Positions 10,372-18,478 of a DNA stretch of 64,000 bases are shown here, piece after piece. Positions within the stretch are counted from its first letter, which is position 1; each line of letters begins with the position of its first letter. The notes beneath the pieces are model-generated. The model saw nothing but the letters and a program-made list of their open reading frames with translations, was not told the DNA's origin and did no database searches. Source of the stretch: Candidatus Nomurabacteria bacterium (GTDB lineage Bacteria > Patescibacteriota > Minisyncoccia > Phycocordibacterales > UBA918); the NCBI GenBank assembly GCA_020631995.1, contig JACKGJ010000002.1, positions 154,773-218,772 of the forward strand, written 5' to 3'. The translations under genes were made by a program, and so were the position numbers.

Positions 10372-11040
10372 CTAATCCTTTGTTCTTCTCTCGTTTATAG
10401 CCTTAGGGTCACCGTTTAAATATACTTTAGGCACCTGATGCTTTTTCTTTTTATATTCAAGTATCTCTGGGCGAGTATACATTTCACCAGATGAGAGTCG
10501 TTGGTCTTCAAGGGACTCAAAGGTACCTAAGACCCCGGGGACTTCACGGGAGACGGCGTCGATTATAGAAAGGGCTGGAAGCTCACCGCCGGTTAATACA
10601 TAATCACCCACCGATACTTCCTCGGCCTTCAAGATATCCTTTACTCTCGCATCAATTCCCTCGTAACGGCCTGATATCAAAACAACATGTTCGTACTTAC
10701 CTGCTAGCTCTTTAGCCATTTTCTGGTCAAATTTCTGCCCGCGTGGTGACATTAATAAAGTTTTTACCTTACTCTTTTTTCTACCCACAGCTTTATTCCA
10801 AGCTTTCAAAATTGGTTCAGCCTTCATCACCATTCCTGGCCCTCCTCCATAAGGACGGTCGTCTACCTTGCGGTGCTTGTCAGTCGCAAAGTCACGGGGG
10901 TTGTAGTATGAGACTGAGATTTTTTTACCACGCACTTTTGCCCCCTTTCCTTTATCAGTTTTCTGAGCACGGCCTAAAACCCCAGCGTCTGTGTACGCGC
11001 TACAAATGTCTGGGAATATAGTGATGACGTGGAAGTTCAT
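10372..11040 (-). CDS. trmD: tRNA (guanine37-N1)-methyltransferase TrmD
   Basis: 222 aa. Typical TrmD sequence (ITIFPD, RPYGGGPGMVM, GRYEGIDARV, VLTGGELPA). Confidence 0.93.
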   Translation of the reverse strand: MNFHVITIFPDICSAYTDAGVLGRAQKTDKGKGAKVRGKKISVSYYNPRDFATDKHRKVDDRPYGGGPGMVMKAEPILKAWNKAVGRKKSKVKTLLMSPRGQKFDQKMAKELAGKYEHVVLISGRYEGIDARVKDILKAEEVSVGDYVLTGGELPALSIIDAVSREVPGVLGTFESLEDQRLSSGEMYTRPEILEYKKKKHQVPKVYLNGDPKAINERRTKD

Positions 11041-11054
11041 TTTAAAATGCTATC

Positions 11055-11093
11055 ACACAAGCGGGCGGAATCGAAGATTCCGCCCGCTTGTGT
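11055..11093. repeat. perfect 18-bp G+C-rich hairpin abutting the trmD start
   Basis: ACACAAGCGGGCGGAATC-GAA-GATTCCGCCCGCTTGTGT. The GGCGGAA..TTCCGCC core recurs in a hairpin at 28292..28312. Confidence 0.7.
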
Positions 11094-11129
11094 TTTATAT
11101 ATACTTATCAAATTAATTTGAATTATAAA

Positions 11130-11228
11130 ATTGGATGAAGTGCAAGGCGCAAACGAATTTACGACTAAGACGTAGGTTCTACTACGGCGCAGGAGGAAAT
11201 TCTAGTTTGTAACGTAGCAATTCGCCAA
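11130..11228 (+). repeat. GCTAG-box family, long-hairpin type, divergent copy (G)
   Basis: GGATGAAGTGCAAGGCGCAAACGAATTT... resembles copy F (GGATGCAAGGCGCGCAAAGCAATT). It also shares the AAATTCT and GTAACGTAGC region with copies D and E. Confidence 0.45.
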
Positions 11229-11230
11229 TT

Positions 11231-11584
11231 TTAGATTTTCAAATCGTCGATGGCTTGGTCAAGAGATTTAGGTTCTGTCGCTTGTACCTCATCCGCACCA
11301 GAACTCATTGAAGTAGCCATTTCCTGACTAACTCGCCCTCCTTCTGGTTCGTTGATTTTTAGGTTTACACGAGCATCGTGCTTCATACCTACAACACGTA
11401 GTAGTGTTCGGATTGCTTTAGCAGTATTGCCAGAGCGTCCGATTATTTTACCCATATCTTCAGCGTGCACGTCGAGCGTCAAGAGTACCCCCATCTCATC
11501 TACTGTACGGTTAGTCTTTACTGATTCCGGATGGTCTACCAGAGATTTCACTAGAGTCTCTAAAAATTGCTGATCTTCTTGCAT
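11231..11584 (-). CDS. khpA: KH-domain RNA-binding protein (KhpA/YlqC-like) with C-terminal extension
   Basis: 117 aa. KH core is GKIIGRSGNTAKAIRTLL. It occupies the classical position between rpsP and trmD. Confidence 0.8.
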   Translation of the reverse strand: MQEDQQFLETLVKSLVDHPESVKTNRTVDEMGVLLTLDVHAEDMGKIIGRSGNTAKAIRTLLRVVGMKHDARVNLKINEPEGGRVSQEMATSMSSGADEVQATEPKSLDQAIDDLKI

Positions 11585-11741
11585 ACCTTGAATTATTAGC
11601 TTTTCGGATTAATCGTGCCGGCAATTTTGCTGACACCTTTACTTAATGTTAGCAGTCGCTAAGTAAAGTGCAATCAACAGATGTGAGTATCGTTCTCTAT
11701 ATTATGTATATAGAGATTTTGGTTTAATTAGGTCTAGGAGA

Positions 11742-12200
11742 CTATTTGGCTTCGGCAGTTTCTTCTGTAGGTGCCACTTCTTCTGCCTTAGCGTCCTCGG
11801 TAGGAGCTACCTCTTCCGCTGGAACCTCAGCTACTTCTTCAGCTGGCGCTTCTGCGGCTACTTTAGCTTCTTCTTCAGCCTTGGCCTTAGCTTCAGCTTC
11901 TGCCTTCAACTTTTCTTCGTCGATAATTGGAGACTTCTTCGGAAGAACGTTAATTTTCTTTCCTTCAACAATCTTGTTTGTAACCATAAGGTTATGAACA
12001 GTTGGAGAGACTTGCACACCCTTACTTATCCATTCTTTAGCACGGTCACCATCAATTTTGAAAAGATTGGTCTTAGCGCTGTATGAACCTAGGGTATCAA
12101 CCTGCTTATTACTCTTAGGTCCGCTTCGAGAATCAGTAACAACCACTCGGAAAGAGGGATCATTCTTGCGGCCAACTCGTTGTAAACGCATCTTTAACAT
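11742..12200 (-). CDS. rpsP: 30S ribosomal protein S16 with Ala/Glu/Lys-rich C-terminal tail
   Basis: MLKMRLQRVGRKNDPSFRVVV matches the S16 N-terminus. I prefer the start at ATG 12200 over the upstream track start. The tail is KAEAEAKAKAEEEAKVAAEAPAEE... Confidence 0.9.
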   Translation of the reverse strand: MLKMRLQRVGRKNDPSFRVVVTDSRSGPKSNKQVDTLGSYSAKTNLFKIDGDRAKEWISKGVQVSPTVHNLMVTNKIVEGKKINVLPKKSPIIDEEKLKAEAEAKAKAEEEAKVAAEAPAEEVAEVPAEEVAPTEDAKAEEVAPTEETAEAK

Positions 12201-12211
12201 ATAGTTGCACA

Positions 12212-12239
12212 AAGATACCAAATTAGCGTTAATTGTCAA
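12212..12239 (-). promoter_or_regulatory. sigma-70-type promoter for rpsP (very short leader)
   Basis: The minus strand reads TTGACA, 16 nt, TATCTT, with the ATG 11 nt after the -10 element. Confidence 0.45.
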
Positions 12240-12290
12240 CACTGAACTGGTTAAAGCCTAATTTCTGTGTTACGCTACGAACCATAATCT

Positions 12291-14282
12291 ATGTCAAACA
12301 ACGACACCTTCGAAGGGGTAATTGCAATCAGAGGTAGAGGTATCGGTTTTGTACCCAAACCAGACCTAGAGGAAGATATACTTATTGAAACGAGCAACCT
12401 AGGTTTTGCCCTAGATGGTGATTTGGTACGCATTTCCCTATTGGAAACCACCGAAGGAAAGCGTCAGGAAGGTAAGGTACTAGAAGTGCTGGAGCGAGCA
12501 CATAGTGAATATGTTGGTGTGGTTAAGGACCGTGCTCCAGAAACCGCTGCCATTAGCAATCACTTTCTTCGTGAACAGGCTGAAAAGAAAAGTCAGTATT
12601 ATGTGCTTCCGGACAATCGGCGTGTTCATATACGCTTCGCACTAGGTGAAGAAGCAAAGGAAATGGTGGGCCAGAAAGTGGTAGTTAAAATTAGTGAGTG
12701 GAACGATCCTACTGAGGACCCGCAAGGAGCCATCATAGAGATTCTTGGACATGCAGGAGACCATGAGACCGAGATGCAAGCCATTATTCGTGGTGGTGGA
12801 TTTTCTGAAAACTTTCCAGAAGCGGTATCACAAGCAGCGAAAGAGATTTACGATAATCAAGAACAGATATTTAAAGACGCACTTGCTGACCCGAAGCGTA
12901 AGGATATCCGTGGTGTTACGACCTTCACTATCGACCCTATTGATGCTAAAGACTTCGATGACGCCTTATCTTTTCAAAAGTTACCGAATGGTAACTATGA
13001 AATCGGTGTGCATATTGCTGATGTGTCTCACTACGTGCGTGAAGGAGATGTGCTGGACACCGAGGCTCGTGAGAGAGGCACATCTATTTATCTCGTGGAC
13101 CGAGTGATTCCAATGTTACCTGAGGTGATTTCTAATGACCTCTGTTCTCTTCGCCCCAATGAAGACCGATTAGCTTTTTCGGCCATCTTTGAAATCTCTC
13201 CGGAGGCGAAAGTAGTTCAGGAATGGTACGGACAAACTGTTATACATTCTGATAGACGTTTTAGTTACGAAGAAGCACAAGAGGTGTTGGATAAGAACCA
13301 AGGTGATTACCTACCAGAGCTTTCTAAAATGATGGAGTTAGCACGTATGATTCGTAAGGAGCGTTTTAAGGAAGGTGCAATTGCCTTTGAACAGCCAGAG
13401 GTAAAGTTTGAGCTCGATGAGGCTGGTAAGCCAATCCGTGCTTATACAAAGCATCGTACAGAGACGATGCTTATGATTGAGGACTATATGCTCCTCGCCA
13501 ACCAGAGTGTCGCTACATATATATACAAGCTCTCAAAGGATAAAAATCGTGATGCAGCCTTCATCTATCGTATCCACGATTTACCAAACCCAGATAAAAT
13601 TGAGGACCTCGGTATCTTTATTCGAGCACTTGGATATGACTTCCGTACTGAAAATGGAATAGTCGATGCAAAAGACATCAATAAACTTCTAAAAGAAATT
13701 GAAGGAAAGCCAGAAGAGGCTTTGATTAAAACTGCAACCATTCGTTCAATGGCTAAAGCTGTGTACTCGACCAAGAACATCGGTCACTTTGGATTGGCTT
13801 TCAAATACTATACCCACTTCACTTCCCCGATTCGTCGTTATCCTGACTTGATGGCACACCGGTTACTCCGTCGTCACTTGGATAATTCAAAAATTAGTGG
13901 CCAAGAAATTGCAAAATTTGAAAAGCTCTCTATCCAATCATCTGAGCGCGAGTTGGATGCTACTCGAGCTGAGCGCGATAGTATCAAGTATAAGCAGGTT
14001 GAATTTATGGCACCGAAGGTTGGGCAAGAGTTCGATGGAATTATTTCCGGTGTCTCAGACTGGGGTCTTTATGTAGAGGAGAAGGAGTCAAAGTCAGAAG
14101 GTATGATTCGACTGTCCTCTATCCGTGGGGACTACTATGAGCATTTAGCTGGTGCATACGCTATCAAAGGTCAAAAGACCGGCAATGTATATCGTCTTGG
14201 TGATGCTATCCGCTTCAAGGTGGTCAAAGCTAATTTGGAAGAGAAACAACTAGATTACGAGTTAGTCAAGCCACTTAACTAA
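12291..14282 (+). CDS. rnr: ribonuclease R / RNase II family exoribonuclease
   Basis: 663 aa. RNB-domain motifs are present (TIDPIDAKDFDDALS, IHIADVSHYV, YTHFTSPIRRYPDL), followed by a C-terminal S1-like domain. Confidence 0.92.
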   Translation: MSNNDTFEGVIAIRGRGIGFVPKPDLEEDILIETSNLGFALDGDLVRISLLETTEGKRQEGKVLEVLERAHSEYVGVVKDRAPETAAISNHFLREQAEKKSQYYVLPDNRRVHIRFALGEEAKEMVGQKVVVKISEWNDPTEDPQGAIIEILGHAGDHETEMQAIIRGGGFSENFPEAVSQAAKEIYDNQEQIFKDALADPKRKDIRGVTTFTIDPIDAKDFDDALSFQKLPNGNYEIGVHIADVSHYVREGDVLDTEARERGTSIYLVDRVIPMLPEVISNDLCSLRPNEDRLAFSAIFEISPEAKVVQEWYGQTVIHSDRRFSYEEAQEVLDKNQGDYLPELSKMMELARMIRKERFKEGAIAFEQPEVKFELDEAGKPIRAYTKHRTETMLMIEDYMLLANQSVATYIYKLSKDKNRDAAFIYRIHDLPNPDKIEDLGIFIRALGYDFRTENGIVDAKDINKLLKEIEGKPEEALIKTATIRSMAKAVYSTKNIGHFGLAFKYYTHFTSPIRRYPDLMAHRLLRRHLDNSKISGQEIAKFEKLSIQSSERELDATRAERDSIKYKQVEFMAPKVGQEFDGIISGVSDWGLYVEEKESKSEGMIRLSSIRGDYYEHLAGAYAIKGQKTGNVYRLGDAIRFKVVKANLEEKQLDYELVKPLN

Positions 14283-14336
14283 GATTCATAAGGTAATATA
14301 TTTGTAGGAGCAAACACCTGAAAGGAGGTGAGTAAA

Positions 14337-14597
14337 ATGCACTTTTTAAGCGCAAGCCTGTCCTTAAAGGACGGTGTACTCGAGCGGTTCCTTGAATTCG
14401 TGAATACTACTCCAGGAGTTAAGAGTGGGAGTAATCCACCAGACTTCTTCGGTTGGAATTCACTCAAGTTTGCATGGGTTAAACTTGAGAGTCAATTCTT
14501 GAATGCTGCTGACTTGGCAACGTTGCTAAGGAGCGCAGGATTCGCTGTTGATGTCTACGATGAAAACGAACACGAACCAAGGGAGCAGGTGTCATGA
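14337..14597 (+). CDS. hypothetical 86-aa protein (orphan, Shine-Dalgarno-led)
   Basis: AAAGGAGGTG at 14321..14330 lies 6 nt upstream of the ATG at 14337. A terminator follows. The gene looks G+C-richer than its neighbours. I recognise no family. Confidence 0.55.
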   Translation: MHFLSASLSLKDGVLERFLEFVNTTPGVKSGSNPPDFFGWNSLKFAWVKLESQFLNAADLATLLRSAGFAVDVYDENEHEPREQVS

Positions 14598-14622
14598 TTG
14601 TCATTTTTTACAATGACAGAGA

Positions 14623-14660
14623 AGCCCGGAAAGATAAGACAATTATTCCGGGCTTTTTTA
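14623..14660 (+). terminator. intrinsic terminator
   Basis: AGCCCGGAA...TTCCGGGCT followed by TTTTTTATTTT. It overlaps the convergent smc stop codon. Confidence 0.6.
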
Positions 14661-16907
14661 TTTTGCCACTGCTATTGCGTCATCAAGTTTTACTGAAAGA
14701 AGTTTTGAAACCCCATCTCCTGTCATTGTTACTCCATATAGAATTGAAGCACGTGACATAGTCTCACGATTGTGTGTGATTAGAATCAGTTGTGATTTCC
14801 GCGCCAAAGCCTCAATCATATCTCCATAGCGACGGCTGTTAGCTTCATCCAGAGCCGCGTCTGTTTCGTCAAGAATCACAAAGAGTGGAGGGTTAACTTG
14901 ACTCATAGCAAAGATGAGCGCAATTGAAGTAAGGGCTCTTTCTCCTCCCGAGAGCATATCGAGCCCCTTTACTCTTTTGTTTGGGAGTTTAACGCCAATT
15001 TCTATACCAGTTTCAGTCTTTCCAGTCTGTATCTCTTCTACTTCTGACTCTTCATCATCAAGTTCCCCTTTTCGCTTTCTAGACTCAATTTTTACCTGAG
15101 AAAGCGTTGCTTCCCCACCACCAAACATTAAGGCAAAGAAACGATTGAACTCTGCACTTATTTTTGTTATTCCCTCACCAAATCGCTCATCAAGTTGAGC
15201 TTCAAGTTCAACTATCAGCTCTTCAAGCTTTGATACAGACAAAGTTAGGTCAGCAATTTCTCTTTCCAAGAAATCATCACGGTCCTTCACTGTCTTGTAT
15301 TCTTGCTCGAGCTCAACATTTGCCCCGCCCAATTCTTCTAATCGAATCTTAAGTTTTTCAAGCTCGTGACGACGGTCACGTTGCTTGGTGCGGTCTTCTT
15401 TTTCTATTTCAGCCTTGGTAGCATCCACTTTGTACTCAAGGTACAGTGTTGCATCACGACCAAGTAAGGCAACAGCTTCCTGAAGTTCACGCTTAAAGTC
15501 TTCACGGTCGCGCTCAATACCGCTTTTCTCAAATTCTAAACGAGATAATTCTGCCTCAGCTTCACGTCTATCGTTGATCAATCTAAACACCTCTCTCTCT
15601 GCATCACGACTCTCACTTTGGTCTGACTCAATAGAAGAGCGTATTTCTTGGTATGCTTGTTCTGCCACATTTACCTCTGCCTCAGCTGTCTTTAATTTTT
15701 TATCTAACTCCTCTTTTTGCTTCTTGAGTTCTTCATACTCAAGCTTTTCACTAGAATCATTTTCTGGTCTTTCAATAGCTCGAGCCAGGAACTGTCTGAG
15801 TGAATGTACCAAGTCTCCAAGTGAACGACGCAAATGAGAAATGTCGTCACTTTTTAATGAGTTTTGTGTGTCCTTTTCCAGTGTAGTTACCAACTTATCA
15901 ATATCTGCATAAGGAATATTGATGTTAGTGGTGTCACCAGCCTTACTCTCTTTTTCAGCGATATGACGCTCAATAAAGGTTATTTGCCCTTCAAGGGCAC
16001 CTACTTCTCGCAGTAGTGACTGATGAGCTTCACGAGTAGAAGAGAGTGCTCGCTCTGCCGATACTAATTGGTCGCGTTTTACATCATGTTTTTTTGATTC
16101 AAGAATATTTCTGGCATTAGCCAATGCACCTTCAATTTCTTTAATCTTGGTGGTTAGAGGATCAAATAAAGTAGAGATTCTGTCTTGCCAACCAGCTAGG
16201 TATATATCTTCACGCTTGAGATATTCTGAGTAAGAATCTCGAAGTTTTAGTCTAATTTCAGCTGCCCTCTCTAGTTTCTTTACCTGCTTTTCTAGAAAGC
16301 GGAGATGGGGAGCTACTTCACGACGCAGACTCTCTACCTTTTCTATGTTCTCTTTGGTTTTTTGTAGTTTCTTCTCTGCCTCAACCTTTTTATATTGATA
16401 TGACTTGAGCCCTAATGCATCTTCAATCATTTCACGGCGTTCTTTGTTGCTAGCAGAAAGAATACGGTCAGCTTCACCCTGTGAAATGATATGGTGTCCT
16501 GATGGGCCAATATTTGCTGCAGCCAATACTTCCTGCACATCCTTTAGGCGCACCACACTACCGTTTATTAAATATTCGTTTTGTCCGTCACGATGAACCA
16601 CTCTTTCAAGATTAATCTCATCAAAATCAAGCGGAAAAACCCTCTTCTGATTATCTAATAAAACACTAACTGCGGCACGATTACCTCGTGACACCTGATC
16701 TGACCCTCCCCAAATTAGGTCTTCACCTTTCTTTCCACGCATTTTAGAGGGGGATTGTTCTCCTAAGACAAAACGGAATGCCTCAGCGACGTTAGATTTT
16801 CCAGATCCATTTGGTCCCACAATTGCCGTAATAGACGAAGAAAATTCTAGCTCGCTCTTTTTAGCGAAGGATTTAAAGCCACTGATTGTGAGGTGTTTAA
16901 GGTGCAT
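14658..16907 (-). CDS. smc: SMC-family chromosome condensation ATPase, unusually short (749 aa), no recognisable hinge
   Basis: The N-terminus MHLKHLTISGFKSFAKK...VGPNGSGKSN carries Walker A. The C-terminus has LSGGERALTSIAL and LFVILDETDAALD (signature and Walker B motifs). The track start lies upstream and overlaps the pilin gene, so I prefer the ATG at 16907. Confidence 0.85.
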   Translation of the reverse strand: MHLKHLTISGFKSFAKKSELEFSSSITAIVGPNGSGKSNVAEAFRFVLGEQSPSKMRGKKGEDLIWGGSDQVSRGNRAAVSVLLDNQKRVFPLDFDEINLERVVHRDGQNEYLINGSVVRLKDVQEVLAAANIGPSGHHIISQGEADRILSASNKERREMIEDALGLKSYQYKKVEAEKKLQKTKENIEKVESLRREVAPHLRFLEKQVKKLERAAEIRLKLRDSYSEYLKREDIYLAGWQDRISTLFDPLTTKIKEIEGALANARNILESKKHDVKRDQLVSAERALSSTREAHQSLLREVGALEGQITFIERHIAEKESKAGDTTNINIPYADIDKLVTTLEKDTQNSLKSDDISHLRRSLGDLVHSLRQFLARAIERPENDSSEKLEYEELKKQKEELDKKLKTAEAEVNVAEQAYQEIRSSIESDQSESRDAEREVFRLINDRREAEAELSRLEFEKSGIERDREDFKRELQEAVALLGRDATLYLEYKVDATKAEIEKEDRTKQRDRRHELEKLKIRLEELGGANVELEQEYKTVKDRDDFLEREIADLTLSVSKLEELIVELEAQLDERFGEGITKISAEFNRFFALMFGGGEATLSQVKIESRKRKGELDDEESEVEEIQTGKTETGIEIGVKLPNKRVKGLDMLSGGERALTSIALIFAMSQVNPPLFVILDETDAALDEANSRRYGDMIEALARKSQLILITHNRETMSRASILYGVTMTGDGVSKLLSVKLDDAIAVAK

Positions 16908-16914
16908 TATAGAG

Positions 16915-17352
16915 TTACTGTGGATCAGCGCAGGAGGTGGCTCCAATAGTTTTACTATCAGTCCATCCGGCAACGGTTGCTTCCTGTTCGCGTTCTCCAA
17001 TAGTCCAAAGACGATAATATTGAGTGTCGCCAGTTACTGACGGACTAGCGCAAGAGTTTTCATACGTGTATACGTTATCCCCGTCATTTAGTGGATCAGT
17101 GGGTATTGAGAACAGTAGCCCAACCGATACTAAGTCTTCAAGATCAGAAGGATATTCTCCATATGTGACGCCGTAGGTTTGTAGAGCCGCAGCAAGCTGT
17201 TGGATGTCAGCGTGTCTGGCAGAATCTCTGGCCTTTTTCTTAGAGTCATCAAATGATGCAAAAACTATTAATGAAAGTAGTCCAATAATGGCAATCACTA
17301 CAAGAATTTCAATCAGTGTGAATCCTCGTTCAATTTTTAGTTTGCTTTTCAT
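16915..17352 (-). CDS. type IV pilin / pseudopilin-like protein
   Basis: MKSKLKIERGFTLIEILVVIAIIGLL is a class III signal peptide with the G/FTLIE processing motif. Start taken as ATG 17352. The stop lies 7 nt before the smc start. Confidence 0.85.
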   Translation of the reverse strand: MKSKLKIERGFTLIEILVVIAIIGLLSLIVFASFDDSKKKARDSARHADIQQLAAALQTYGVTYGEYPSDLEDLVSVGLLFSIPTDPLNDGDNVYTYENSCASPSVTGDTQYYRLWTIGEREQEATVAGWTDSKTIGATSCADPQ

Positions 17353-17454
17353 TATCCATATTGTACCGCAATTAGACGGTCTCATTAATGACTGCAGTGT
17401 GTATGAAAACAGCAGCCCATCGGGCCACTATTTTCCTCCTTCTATTCATCTTAC

Positions 17455-17564
17455 TATCGATGTTTGCGCTAGCAAACTTTTAGTAGAAGAGTTGCCGGTG
17501 GGCAACTCCTTAGATAGCAAGAACACCTGGTCCATTTACGCCCGCAGGCGAAATGGTGTTCTTA
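17455..17564 (-). repeat. GCTAG-box intergenic element, core type (copy C)
   Basis: The minus strand reads TAAGAACACCATTT-CGCCTGCGGGCG-TAAATGGACCAGGTGTTCTTGCTATCTAAGGA-GTTGCC-CACC-GGCAAC-...AAAAGTTTGCTAGCGCAAAC. It aligns with copies A and B. It begins on the rnc stop codon. Confidence 0.7.
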
Positions 17565-18254
17565 CCACCCCTTGGTATCAATGGCTTTTTCAGCGGCATC
17601 TTGCTCTGCTTCTTGCTTAGAGCGACCCTGACCTTCTGCTACTTTTTCATCTCGTAGAAATACACCAATAGTGAACATACGATCATGATCAGGGCCTTCT
17701 TGGGAAAGCATTTCATAAGAAGGAGTAATTGAGACCTTTTCTTGAGCTAACTCCTGGAAGCGACTCTTAGCATCTTGCCAAAGTTTCTTTTCTACAATCT
17801 TGTCAGTTTTGTTGAATAGCTGTTCACCAATGAACTTCTTAGCGGCGTCGTAGCCTTGGTCTAGATAAATGGCGCCAATACAAGACTCAAATGCATTCGC
17901 CAATATGTATTGTCTGGCTCTTCCAGTGTCCTTAGCTTCCCCTTTGGACATCAACATAAAATCATTTAGACCCAGCTTTTGAGCAGATTCTGCAAGTGAC
18001 ACAGTATTTACTAAGGCTGCGCGCACAGCTGTTAGTTCCCCCTCTGGCTTCTCTGGATACTTTTTATAAAGATAGTCTGTGACAACAAGTTCTAGTACTG
18101 CGTCGCCAAGAAATTCAAGGCGTTCATTGTGTTCTTGGGTAGCTTCTTTGTGTTCATTTAGGTACGAACGGTGGGTGATGGCAGACAAAAGATAGTTTTT
18201 GTCTATAAATACCACTCCGAGAATGGTTTCTAATTTTGATAGTTCTATTTCCAT
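17562..18254 (-). CDS. rnc: ribonuclease III
   Basis: 230 aa. RNase III signature NERLEFLGDAVL, plus a C-terminal dsRBD. Confidence 0.95.
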   Translation of the reverse strand: MEIELSKLETILGVVFIDKNYLLSAITHRSYLNEHKEATQEHNERLEFLGDAVLELVVTDYLYKKYPEKPEGELTAVRAALVNTVSLAESAQKLGLNDFMLMSKGEAKDTGRARQYILANAFESCIGAIYLDQGYDAAKKFIGEQLFNKTDKIVEKKLWQDAKSRFQELAQEKVSITPSYEMLSQEGPDHDRMFTIGVFLRDEKVAEGQGRSKQEAEQDAAEKAIDTKGW

Positions 18255-18274
18255 ATTCAGTTATGAATTAGAAA

Positions 18275-18327
18275 TTTCGAATTTTGAATCAATTTTAAAA
18301 TTCGAGTTTCGAATTTGATTCAAAATT
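18275..18327. repeat. A+T-rich imperfect palindrome upstream of rnc
   Basis: TTTCGAATTTTGAATCAATTTTAAAATTCGA-GTT-TCGAATTTGATTCAAAATT. The AATTTTGAATCAA and TTGATTCAAAATT arms enclose an inner AAATTCGA/TCGAATTT palindrome. Confidence 0.6.
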
Positions 18328-18387
18328 AAAAATTTAATTTAATAATTTCGTTAGCTTTTATGCTGAATATTCGTTTTGAAAAAAATG

Positions 18388-18478
18388 TGACGGATGCAAG
18401 GCGCGCAAAGCAATTGGTACCGAGCCATATATGACATAAGGTGAGAGCCCAATTGTCTGCAGCGCAACACAGCAGACG
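18388..18478 (+). repeat. GCTAG-box family, long-hairpin type, divergent copy (F)
   Basis: GGATGCAAGGCGCGCAAAGCAATTGGTACCGAGCC...TAAGGTGAGAGCCCAATTGTCTGCAGCGC parallels copy D (GGATGCAGATG...AATTTTGGCGACAGAGCC...TAAGGTGACAAGCTAAAATTCTGAAAC). It ends at the nusB-nudix stop codon. Confidence 0.5.

Noticed and set aside
17372-17428. 18-codon micro-ORF (GTG start) with a perfect AAGGAGG 6 nt upstream, between repeat copy C and the pilin gene
   Set aside because: It is too short to support from sequence alone, and the SD-like string may belong to the repeat element. Noted only as a possible leader peptide.
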